Assembly (NCBI GenBank): GCA_050248855.1
Contig: JBFWRP010000027.1
Location: 1-59,675 of the forward strand
DNA from: Planctomycetota bacterium
Lineage (GTDB): Bacteria; Planctomycetota; PLA2; JAEUHO01
Direction: 5' to 3'
DNA: 59,675 bases
Positions 8,707-19,616 of the stretch are shown here, in pieces. Position numbers and translations under genes: made by a program. The notes under the pieces were generated by a model, which did no database searches, was not told where the DNA came from, and saw only the letters and a program-made list of their open reading frames with translations. How positions within the stretch are numbered: the first letter of the stretch is position 1; every line of letters begins with the position of its first letter.

Positions 8707-11183
8707 CGCGTGCCCTCCCCCTCGCCGCCTTCCGCGCCCGCACCGCCTTCGGCACCCTCGTCGGCAGCTGGGGCGCCATCCTCCGGGCGCGCGGGGGCCT
8801 TGCCGGCTTCCTCGCCGCTGGCTTGCTTCAAGGCGGCCTCCGCGACGGCCTTCTTCTCGGCCTCGACGCGCTCGGCGGCGGCCTTGGCGTCGGCCGACTC
8901 GGCGGTCGGCGACAAGCCCACGCGGCGCAAGGCAGGCACGGTCTGTGCCTTGCGGTCGAGCCAGCGATCGATGGCCCGATGGCCAATGCGAACCCCGAAG
9001 ATGCAGGCGACCACCAAGAGAAGCGTGAACAGCAGTCCCTTCAGGTGGTCGACCACGAAGGTCCCCAGGTGCTGGTCGCCCTGGAAGGTGACGAAGGACA
9101 CCACATGGCCCGCGGCCGTCTGGACATCGTTCCACGCGTTGCGCAGGCCCTGGCCCGTCAGCGTGCGCTCGACGCGGATGCCCAGGCTGCGGGTGCCCAG
9201 CGTCCCCAGGGCCGACCGGAGCCGCTCCAGCTCCGCGCTGCGCTCGGCAGCCAGCTTGACCTGCTGCTCGATGCCTTCGCGGGCACGCTGGAACGCGGCC
9301 ACGTTGGGCTCCACGATCCCCTTGCGCCACGTGGCCAGGATCGAGCGGTGCCGGCTGCGCTCGTAGCGCGCGGCGTCGGCCTTGACCTGCAGGCCGCGCA
9401 TGGCGCTGTCGACCTCGGCGGCCTGCTCCTCGAAGCGTGCCTGGAGGCGTTGCATCTCCGCCGATACCTGGCCGGCCGCGCCGAGCTGGTCGATGCGCTC
9501 GTCCGCGGCGGCGAAGAGGCTGGCGACGGTGTCGGCGGGGAGGGCGTCAAGATGCTCGAGGGCCAGCGCGACGCGCTTGGGGCCCAGCGTGGGAGCCGTC
9601 GTGTTCGCAAGCACGCCCAGGGCTTGCGCCTTGGGGTCGGCGGCGGCCGCCGCGGCAACGGCGGCGCCCACTTCGCCCGACGCGGGCTTGGGGACATCGG
9701 CCTTGACGCTCGCCTCGTCGACGCGCACACCCTGGACCAGCGACTCGATCTCTTGGCGCATCGTGACGAGATCCCGAAGGAGGCCGTTCTGCTCGAGCAG
9801 CTCGGCCGCGACCTGACGACGCGCCGCCCAGGCGGCCGCCGCGGGCCCCTCGCGCGACGTCGACCCCTGTTCGGCGAGCTTCAGCTCGCGCTCGAGCTGC
9901 AGCACCTGCGCCTGCAACCGCCCGAGCTGTCGCTCGCGACGGATGCGGTTGAGCTCCTCGACGAACGTGCCGAGGATCTCGCTGGCGATGCGTTCCTCCT
10001 CGCGGGCCATGGCCAGCCCCTCGTCGAGGATGGCGAGGCGTTCGTTCGCGCGGCGCGCGGTGATGTAGAGCAGGCGCAGCTCCTGCTGGCCCACCCACTG
10101 CGCGACGCGCAGCCTCTCGAGCTCGCGCTGGTCTTCGGCCGAGGCCTGCTCGGGCGCCGGTTGCTCGGGGGGCTCGCCGCCGGGCGAGGCCGGTCGGGCC
10201 GCACCTTCCAGGCGCGACTCGATGTCTTCGATCTCGAAGGCTCGCACGCCGCCCTGCGTCACGAGGTCTTGCTCGACCTCGACCATCTGGTCCAAGCCGG
10301 CGAGGACCAGCGCGCGGCGCTGCTCCAACCGCTTGATCTCCTCGCGCAGGCGATCGACGCGCTCTTGCTTGCGGCGGACGCGCTCTTCGTTCTCGAGCCC
10401 GCGCGAAGGCTTCTCGGCGGACCACACGCGACGTCGCTCGGCGAGCTGGACCTTGCGCAGGCGCAGCCAGGGCCGCGACCAAGGCGAAGTCATCTCTTCG
10501 GCCAGGAGCGGTGCGCGCGGGAGCGAACCCAGGGCCGCGCCTTCACCCTCGCGGGGGAAGGGGTAGCCCCCTGCGAAGGCGCGCAGCGCGGGCACGGCGT
10601 CGCCGCTCTCCTGACCGGATGCGTCCGTGCCCCGCACGACCACTTGGCGGTCGGTACGGCGGGCCACGTCGATCTCCGCCGTGAGCAGGCGCTTGAGCAG
10701 GTCGGCGCGCTCCTCCCAGGTCGAGTCGCCGTTGGCGAGCTCGTCGATCCGATCCGGCTCGAGCTGGGCCATGTCCCTGCCGGCGCTCTCGGGATCCACG
10801 AGCAGCAGGTGGGGAAGGCCCGTTCCCTGCGTGACCCAGCGGTAGAGGATGGCTCCCTGGCGGACCTGGCCGGGCGCCTCCTCCGTGCCGACGAGCTCGC
10901 GCGCGCGCTCGACCTGCTCGGGAGCGACGAGGGCCCAGGCGTCGGCCTCGCGGGACAGCACGACCTCGATGTCGTCCATGCCACCGGCCGCGGCGTCCTC
11001 GGGGCGGACCGCGGCCCGGGCGCGCTCGAGGAAGTCCACGCGGCGCTGTTCGCGCGCTTTCGTGTCGTCCACGACAGGCGCGGGGTCGGCGAGGGCGCAT
11101 CTCCCGGCCGCCCCCGGCAGGAGGCCCACGGCGAGGATCCCCACCAGCGACAGCACCATCCGGAAGGCATTCGGGATGGGCAT
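8703..11183 (-). CDS. Large exported coiled-coil protein with C-terminal TM (MscK N-terminal-like)
   Basis: Signal peptide, long E/R/Q/A-rich helices, TM LLFTLLLVVACIFGV; coupled to the MscS gene. Confidence 0.7.
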   Translation of the reverse strand: MPIPNAFRMVLSLVGILAVGLLPGAAGRCALADPAPVVDDTKAREQRRVDFLERARAAVRPEDAAAGGMDDIEVVLSREADAWALVAPEQVERARELVGTEEAPGQVRQGAILYRWVTQGTGLPHLLLVDPESAGRDMAQLEPDRIDELANGDSTWEERADLLKRLLTAEIDVARRTDRQVVVRGTDASGQESGDAVPALRAFAGGYPFPREGEGAALGSLPRAPLLAEEMTSPWSRPWLRLRKVQLAERRRVWSAEKPSRGLENEERVRRKQERVDRLREEIKRLEQRRALVLAGLDQMVEVEQDLVTQGGVRAFEIEDIESRLEGAARPASPGGEPPEQPAPEQASAEDQRELERLRVAQWVGQQELRLLYITARRANERLAILDEGLAMAREEERIASEILGTFVEELNRIRRERQLGRLQAQVLQLERELKLAEQGSTSREGPAAAAWAARRQVAAELLEQNGLLRDLVTMRQEIESLVQGVRVDEASVKADVPKPASGEVGAAVAAAAAADPKAQALGVLANTTAPTLGPKRVALALEHLDALPADTVASLFAAADERIDQLGAAGQVSAEMQRLQARFEEQAAEVDSAMRGLQVKADAARYERSRHRSILATWRKGIVEPNVAAFQRAREGIEQQVKLAAERSAELERLRSALGTLGTRSLGIRVERTLTGQGLRNAWNDVQTAAGHVVSFVTFQGDQHLGTFVVDHLKGLLFTLLLVVACIFGVRIGHRAIDRWLDRKAQTVPALRRVGLSPTAESADAKAAAERVEAEKKAVAEAALKQASGEEAGKAPARPEDGAPAADEGAEGGAGAEGGEGEGTR

Positions 11184-11339
11184 CGGGGCAGTCTAGCGGG
11201 ATGGTGGGATGCTGCCTCCCGCAAGCGGAGGGTCCACCACGCCCGACCGCAGGGCGCATTCACGAGCCCACGACCCGCGAGGACACGCAGATGACACGCC
11301 ATGCATCCGCCGGGCCGACATGGAAGCGAGGGCCATGAC

Positions 11340-12086
11340 ATGTCCCTGTTCGCCCCGCATCGCCGCAACGAGGTTCGAGCACGCCTGGGCGCTTGGGCCG
11401 TCGACGACCCGCGCGTTCTTGGCGCGGCCGTGGTGGGCTCCGAAGCGCGCGGCGCCGTGGACCGCTGGTCGGACATCGACTTGACGTTCGCCGTGGACGA
11501 CGTGGCCGCGCGCGACGCGGTACTTGCGGCGTGGACGGAACGGATGGAAGCCGAGCTCCAGGCCGTGGCCCTGTTCGACGTGGAGCGTGGCGCCACGGTG
11601 TATCGCGTGTTCCTGCTGCCGGACGCCTTGCAGGTGGACGTGTCCTTCTCGCCGCGGGAAGGCTTTGGCGCGAAGGGCCCCGACTTCCGGCTCCTGTTCG
11701 GCGAGGCCTCGGCACCCGCTCCCGCGCCCGGGGCCGCCACGGCCACGTGGGTCGGTGAGGCGGTCCACCACGCGCTTCGCGCGCGCGTGGCCATCGAGCG
11801 GGACCGTCCCTGGCAGGCTGCCTTCTGGATCCAGGGCGTGCAGCAGCTTGCGATCTCACTTGCGTGCGCGAAGCGGGGCCTTCCCGCCCACCACGGCCGG
11901 GGCGTGGACGACCTGCCCGCCGATGTGCATTCCGCGTTGGCGCGCGCCGACGTGGGCGGACGGGACCGCGCCGAGCTCCTGCGTGCCCTGCGCTCCGCGT
12001 GCGAGGTGCTGCGGGCCGAGGCCGGCGATGCGGAGGCGCTCCTGGAACGTGTCGCCGCGCCGCTCGCGGCGATCCTGTCCCCGTGA
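11340..12086 (+). CDS. Pol-beta-type nucleotidyltransferase (aminoglycoside/lincosamide NTase-like architecture)
   Basis: VVGSEARGAVDRWSDIDL motif, later QVDVSF, helical C-terminal domain. Confidence 0.8.
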   Translation: MSLFAPHRRNEVRARLGAWAVDDPRVLGAAVVGSEARGAVDRWSDIDLTFAVDDVAARDAVLAAWTERMEAELQAVALFDVERGATVYRVFLLPDALQVDVSFSPREGFGAKGPDFRLLFGEASAPAPAPGAATATWVGEAVHHALRARVAIERDRPWQAAFWIQGVQQLAISLACAKRGLPAHHGRGVDDLPADVHSALARADVGGRDRAELLRALRSACEVLRAEAGDAEALLERVAAPLAAILSP

Positions 12087-12119
12087 TCTCCGCACGCCCT
12101 GCCGCGTAGGCTGGGCCGG

Positions 12120-14402
12120 ATGCCGAGGACGCTCCAGGCCCTTCTCCTGCTGGTGCTGCTCGCCGCCGCGCGGCCTGGTGGTGCCGGCGAGCCCACGACG
12201 CTGGAGCCGCGTGACGACCTCGTCGTGTCGGGCGCCGCCCGCCTCGGGCAAGGCACGTGGCACGTCCCCGATGCCAACGACGATGGCGTGCTGCGCATCA
12301 CCGAGGACGGCACGGAGCTCGACCTGGGCGAGGCCGTGTTGGACGGCCGCACGCGGCCGCACGAACCCCCCGAGGCCTTCCGCGGCATCGGCATCCACGT
12401 GGTGGGCGCCCGCAACGTGACGATCCGCGGCGGACAGCTCCGCGGCTATCGCGTGGCCGTACGCGCCGTGGATGCGCCGGGCTTGCGCCTCGTGGGCGTC
12501 AACGCCGACGAGGGCCGACGGGACCGCCTCGCGAGCACGCCCGAGCGGGAGGCCAACGAAGACTGGCTGTGGCCCCACCACGACGACGAGGACGAATGGG
12601 CCACGCGCTACGGCGCGGCTTTCAGCCTCCGGCGCTGCGACCACGCACGCGTCGAGGGCTGCCAAGCCCGCCGCGGGCAGAACGGCCTGTTGCTCGCCGC
12701 CTCGCGTCGGGTGCATGTCGCCGGCAACGACTTCTCCTGGAACAGCGGCTGGGGCGTGGCGCTGTGGCGGTCGTCGGAGAACGTCATCGCCTGGAACGTG
12801 CTCGACCATTGCGTGCGCGGGATGAGCCCCGGCGTCTACCACCGTGGCCAGGACAGCGCCGCGATCCTGCTCTTCGAGCAGTGCTGCAGCAACGTCGTGT
12901 ACCGCAACCACGCCACGCACTCGGGCGATGGCCTGTTCCTGTACGCGGGCCACGAGACCACGCAGCGCACGGGCCGGGGCGGCAGCAACCACAACGTCGT
13001 CATGGACAACGACTTCCGCTTCGCCGTGGCGAACGGGATCGAAGCCACGTTCAGCACGGGCAACGTGTTTGCCGGCAACGATGTCAGCGGCTCCGACCAC
13101 GGCGTCTGGGCCGGTTACAGCCGGGACACGCTGATCGTCGAGCAGCGCGCCGTGGACTGCGTGACGGCCGGCATCTCGATCGAGCACGGCGTGGGCAACC
13201 GCATCATCGGCAACGAGATCGAGGGCGGCCGGCACGGCATCCACCTCTGGTGGGACGAGGATCCGGAGTTCGTCGGCGGACACTACGGCCAGTCCCAGGA
13301 CACCCGCAGCGCGGAGAACGTCGTGGAAGGCAACACGATCCGCGGGAGCGGGATCGCGCTGCGGCTCGTGGAGGACCACGACTCGACCGTGCGCTGGAAC
13401 GACCTCGCGGCCGCTGCCATCGGCCTGCAGGTGCAAGGCGCGGGGCGACCTCGCGAGCTGGCGTTCAACCGGTTCGTCGGCACGCGCCGCCGCCGCGGTG
13501 ACGCGCCTCGCGCCCTCGACGTGCCGGAGGGCTTCCCGATCGATGTGCGCAACGCCCGCCACCTCCGGCTCGCCGACCAGGACCGGCCGGCGGTGGCCGC
13601 CTTGGGCGCCGACCGCGCGTTCCCGCGACCGGGCGTCCGACGTCCCCCTCCGCCTGACATCGCCCGCCCCGGCCGCATGCCCGAGCCCGTGCCCGCGCCG
13701 CCGGGCCGCGACGCGTTCCGCCTCGGACCCTACGGCCCGCTGCCGCCCACGGCGTCCGCGGTGCTGCCGACGCGCGTGGAGGGGGGCGGCGCGGCGACCC
13801 TCTTCGTGTTCGCGCCCTCGGCCTGGGAGGTGGCGGTGACGAGCGGCGAGGTCCTCGTGGAGCCTGCGCGCGGGGCGGGGGACGGTCGCGTGGTGGTGCA
13901 GGCGCCTCCAGGGTCGCCTGCGCGCCCGCTTCCGTTCGCGCTCACCGTGCAGATCGACGGGGCCCGCCACGACGTGACGGGCCAGCTGCTGCCGATCGTC
14001 TGGGACGTGGCGTGGTACCTGCTGGACGCCGATCCCCTCGCCGACGCGGAGACGGTGGCTCGCGCGTTCGCGAGCGAACCGGTCGCCACGCAGCGCGTCG
14101 ACGCGCTCGACTTCCCGTGGCGAGCCGGCGCACCGCCGGGCGTTCGCGCCGATCGCTTCGCCACGCGCGCACGCACGGAGGTCGACCTGCCGGCGGGGCG
14201 CTGGCGGCTACGCGTGACGAGCGACGACGGCGTGCGCGCGCGCCTCGACGGCGTCGAGGTGCTGGCCAACTGGACGCGTCACGCCCCCACCGAGGACCGC
14301 GTCGAGCTGGAGCTCGAGGCTGGCCGCCACGTCCTCGAGATCGACCACATGGAGATCGACGGCTGGGCCTGGCTCGAGGCCCATCTGGAGCCCGCGGACT
14401 GA
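12120..14402 (+). CDS. Exported right-handed beta-helix (NosD/CASH-like) protein with C-terminal PA14 domain
   Basis: Signal peptide; repeated N-x-x-x-x-N turns; C-terminal DRFATRART..GRWRLRVTSDDGVRARLDG..H. Confidence 0.85.
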   Translation: MPRTLQALLLLVLLAAARPGGAGEPTTLEPRDDLVVSGAARLGQGTWHVPDANDDGVLRITEDGTELDLGEAVLDGRTRPHEPPEAFRGIGIHVVGARNVTIRGGQLRGYRVAVRAVDAPGLRLVGVNADEGRRDRLASTPEREANEDWLWPHHDDEDEWATRYGAAFSLRRCDHARVEGCQARRGQNGLLLAASRRVHVAGNDFSWNSGWGVALWRSSENVIAWNVLDHCVRGMSPGVYHRGQDSAAILLFEQCCSNVVYRNHATHSGDGLFLYAGHETTQRTGRGGSNHNVVMDNDFRFAVANGIEATFSTGNVFAGNDVSGSDHGVWAGYSRDTLIVEQRAVDCVTAGISIEHGVGNRIIGNEIEGGRHGIHLWWDEDPEFVGGHYGQSQDTRSAENVVEGNTIRGSGIALRLVEDHDSTVRWNDLAAAAIGLQVQGAGRPRELAFNRFVGTRRRRGDAPRALDVPEGFPIDVRNARHLRLADQDRPAVAALGADRAFPRPGVRRPPPPDIARPGRMPEPVPAPPGRDAFRLGPYGPLPPTASAVLPTRVEGGGAATLFVFAPSAWEVAVTSGEVLVEPARGAGDGRVVVQAPPGSPARPLPFALTVQIDGARHDVTGQLLPIVWDVAWYLLDADPLADAETVARAFASEPVATQRVDALDFPWRAGAPPGVRADRFATRARTEVDLPAGRWRLRVTSDDGVRARLDGVEVLANWTRHAPTEDRVELELEAGRHVLEIDHMEIDGWAWLEAHLEPAD

Positions 14403-14423
14403 CCTCGTGCAGGCGTACCCGAG

Positions 14424-15251
14424 CTACGCCCGTCCCACCGCGAACAGGGTCCCGAAGGGCAGCGCGAAACCGCGGCCGCTGGAGCCGCGCGCGACGCCGG
14501 CAGGCAGCCGCAGGCGTCGCGCCAGCGTGTGCCACGAGTAGGCGGTCCGCGCATGGAGGAACTGCACGTCGCGGTAGCCCGCGCGTTCGAGCAGCTCCTC
14601 GAGAGTCCGACGCGTGAAGTAGCTGAGATGCGCCCACGGCGTCACGAAGGGCCAGCGTCGCCCCGTCAGCCGCGACCACCAGCCTCCGAAGTCGGGCACG
14701 GTCACGGCGACGGCCCCGTCCGGGAGCACGGCTTGGCGCAAGCGCGCGAGCGTGTCGAGCGGATCGACGACATGCTGGATGACGTCGAACAGCGTGACGA
14801 CGTCGCGGCTGGCGGCCCCGAGCAGCACGCGCGAGACCGAGCCCGCCTGGACGAAGAGCCCGCTGCGCTCGGCCGCCCAGCGAGCGACCTCCAGGTCGGG
14901 CTCCAGGCCGGTGGCCTGCCACCCGCGGGCTGCCGCGAGACGCAGCAAGACGCCGCTGGCGCAACCGACATCGAGCAACCGTGTTCCGCGACCGCCATGC
15001 CCCACGCCTTCCAAGGCCGTCAGGCGGCGCGCCATCTCCTGGGCGAACACGGGCTCGTCCGCCGCGTAGTCGAGGTAGCCACGCGTGGGACCGCGGAAGT
15101 AGGTGAGGCCGTACAGGGGCAGGACCTGCTCCTCGGTCGGCCACGGATCCACGCGGACGAGACCGCAGTCCGGGCACCGCACGAGCACCGCATCACGCGC
15201 CTCGAGTCGAGGCCTGGCCGGGCGCGGGGAGCGGCAGCCCGGGCACTTCAT
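14424..15251 (-). CDS. Class I SAM-dependent methyltransferase with N-terminal Zn ribbon
   Basis: CPGC..CPDCG, LLDVGCASG, FDVIQH, VPD, HLSYF. Confidence 0.88.
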   Translation of the reverse strand: MKCPGCRSPRPARPRLEARDAVLVRCPDCGLVRVDPWPTEEQVLPLYGLTYFRGPTRGYLDYAADEPVFAQEMARRLTALEGVGHGGRGTRLLDVGCASGVLLRLAAARGWQATGLEPDLEVARWAAERSGLFVQAGSVSRVLLGAASRDVVTLFDVIQHVVDPLDTLARLRQAVLPDGAVAVTVPDFGGWWSRLTGRRWPFVTPWAHLSYFTRRTLEELLERAGYRDVQFLHARTAYSWHTLARRLRLPAGVARGSSGRGFALPFGTLFAVGRA

Positions 15252-15829
15252 GTCCACGTACCCCTGACGACACGGTCGGCCCACGGCGTGACGGACGACG
15301 GAGGGAGAGCGCGCGCCTTCAAGCCGTAGCCCTCGAGCACCTCGACCCACGCCTCGCTCGCGCGGTACGCGCGGGCGGTGCGACCGGGCAGGCGCTTGCG
15401 CGGCATGATCGCCTCCCGCAGCCGCGTGGGCACCATCCGAAACGTGGCGGCAGCGTCGGGTGCGCGGACCAGCAGGATCCCGCCAGGCAGCAGCGCCCGC
15501 AAGCAGCGATGCACGAGCTCCGCCTGCTCGCTCTCTTCCAGGTGATGCAGCACGTCGATCAAGGCGATGCCGTCGGCCGGCGGCAGGGGCGCGCTGCGCG
15601 GGTCGTCTTCCAGGACGGACACGGGCAGGTTCGCCGTGCTCGCGCGCAGCGCGGCCACGCGGCGCGGGTCCGCCTCGATGGCCAACACACGGCGCGCGGC
15701 GTGCTGCGCGACGAGCGCGTGGGCCAGCTGGCCGTGCCCCGCGCCCACGTCCACGATGCGCCCCTGCACCGGCAGCAGCCGGGCCAGGCGTCGCCAGCCG
15801 CCGCCAGGCCAGCGCCCGCCCAGGCTCAT
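15248..15829 (-). CDS. Class I SAM-dependent methyltransferase
   Basis: IVDVGAGHG, IDVLHH, LLPGG; ATGA overlap with the protease gene. Confidence 0.85.
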   Translation of the reverse strand: MSLGGRWPGGGWRRLARLLPVQGRIVDVGAGHGQLAHALVAQHAARRVLAIEADPRRVAALRASTANLPVSVLEDDPRSAPLPPADGIALIDVLHHLEESEQAELVHRCLRALLPGGILLVRAPDAAATFRMVPTRLREAIMPRKRLPGRTARAYRASEAWVEVLEGYGLKARALPPSSVTPWADRVVRGTWT

Positions 15830-17106
15830 CGCGACGCGGCGGGCGCCTCGATCCGCAGCATGCGCGACTCGCGGCCTCGCCGCACACCCAGCTGGTAGAC
15901 GCGGCCGGGACGAGCCTGCGAGAACGCCTCGAGCACCTCCGCGACCTGCTCGACGGGTCGCCCGTCGATGGACAGGAGGATGTCCCCCGAGAGGACGCCC
16001 GCCCGCCACGCGGCCGTGTCCGGACGCACGTCGCGGATGCGCAGACCCGTGCCCAGGTCGTCGAGTGCGAAGCCGAGCTCGGCCGGGCCGACGGGAATCG
16101 TCCCCTGCTGGGCGCCGGCGTCGGGTGCAACTTCCACGCGACCCGGAGCACCGCGACCGCCCACCGACGGAGGGGCCGGGCTGCGCGGCGTCGGCGCGGA
16201 CGGCGGATGCGGCTGCGGTGCCGCGTACGGCGACGGCTCGAGCTCGTCGTCGAGTCGTTCGATGCGCCCCTCGCCCACTTCCGCCGGCTGCGGCGGCAGC
16301 GGGTTGGCCTGCGGGCTCGAGCCGGCGACGCTCGTGACGAGAGGACAGACCTTGCTGGCGGGAATCGCGAACGCGATGCCCGAGGACTCGGGCAGCAGGG
16401 ACACGATCACCCCCATCAGCTCGCCATCGAGGTTGAGCAGCGCACCCCCGCTGTTGCCGGTGTTGATCGAGGCATCGGTCTGGATCAAGCCGGTCAGCTC
16501 GACGCCGGTGCTCATGCGGGCGTCGCGACCGACGGCCGAGACCACGCCGACGGTGATCGTGTCGCCAAGACCGCGCGGGTTGCCGATCGCGATCGCGGTC
16601 TCGCCGAGCATGACGGTCTCGCCGGTGCAGCAGCTGACGTAGGGGAAGCGGCGGTTCGTGCGCAGCTTCAGGATCGCCAGGTCGTCCTGCGGGCGGTTGA
16701 TCAGGACGTCGGCGTCGAACGTGCCGTTGCCCTGCCACAGCTGCACGATGACGCGCTGTGCGCCGCTCACGACGTGCGAGTTGGTCACGACGAACCCGGC
16801 GGGATGCACGATGACGCCCGCGCCGGCGCCCTCGGTGATCGTGCGGCGCGTCTGGGTGCGGGCCGTCACGCTCACGACGGCCGGTGCCGCGTGACGGACG
16901 GCGTCGACGACGGCGGTGCGGCGACGTTCACGGCTCGAGCGGCGGCCTTCGGCCTCGCCCAGGCGAAACGCTCCCGAGGCGATCACCACCGCGAGGGCGA
17001 GGAGCATCAGCGTCGTGCCGGTGCCGGGGGGGATGGGCCCCACCCGCGGCGGCGCCGTGCCGTCCGCGGGGCGAGGGCCGTGGGAAGGGGTGGGAGCCCT
17101 GTCCAT
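15826..17106 (-). CDS. HtrA/DegP-like serine protease with one PDZ domain
   Basis: TNSHVV, DLAILKL, IQTDASINTGNSGG catalytic triad; PDZ-like AWRAGVLSGDILLSIDG. Confidence 0.92.
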   Translation of the reverse strand: MDRAPTPSHGPRPADGTAPPRVGPIPPGTGTTLMLLALAVVIASGAFRLGEAEGRRSSRERRRTAVVDAVRHAAPAVVSVTARTQTRRTITEGAGAGVIVHPAGFVVTNSHVVSGAQRVIVQLWQGNGTFDADVLINRPQDDLAILKLRTNRRFPYVSCCTGETVMLGETAIAIGNPRGLGDTITVGVVSAVGRDARMSTGVELTGLIQTDASINTGNSGGALLNLDGELMGVIVSLLPESSGIAFAIPASKVCPLVTSVAGSSPQANPLPPQPAEVGEGRIERLDDELEPSPYAAPQPHPPSAPTPRSPAPPSVGGRGAPGRVEVAPDAGAQQGTIPVGPAELGFALDDLGTGLRIRDVRPDTAAWRAGVLSGDILLSIDGRPVEQVAEVLEAFSQARPGRVYQLGVRRGRESRMLRIEAPAASR

Positions 17107-17360
17107 GGCGCGAAGCCTCCTACGGCGTGAACGCCCCAAGCGCCCCCCGCTCCCCCTCAGGTCGGTTGGAGCGTGCCGTGCACGCAGTGTCCCCGGGGCG
17201 GGGACGCTTGCCAGCCCCACGGTGCGAACGCACCGCGGCCGTCCGCTCGCGCAGGTCCGGAACACGGGACGGAGGGCCTTGGCGCCCTTCCCGGTCGCGT
17301 CACGACGGCCCGGCGCGCCCTCCGGTCCGGGAGCGCGCGGGCCGCAACGCGGCGGACGAC

Positions 17361-19499
<2,139 letters not shown>

Positions 19500-19616
19500 G
19501 AGGATCCCTCCTGCCCCCGCGAGCCCAGCGGGGTTCCCGCGGAGGGCCCGGAAGTCTACGAACGGTCCGCTTGGCGGCCGAACGAGGCCCGGGCGTCGCT
19601 CGCCGGGCGCGGGGGC

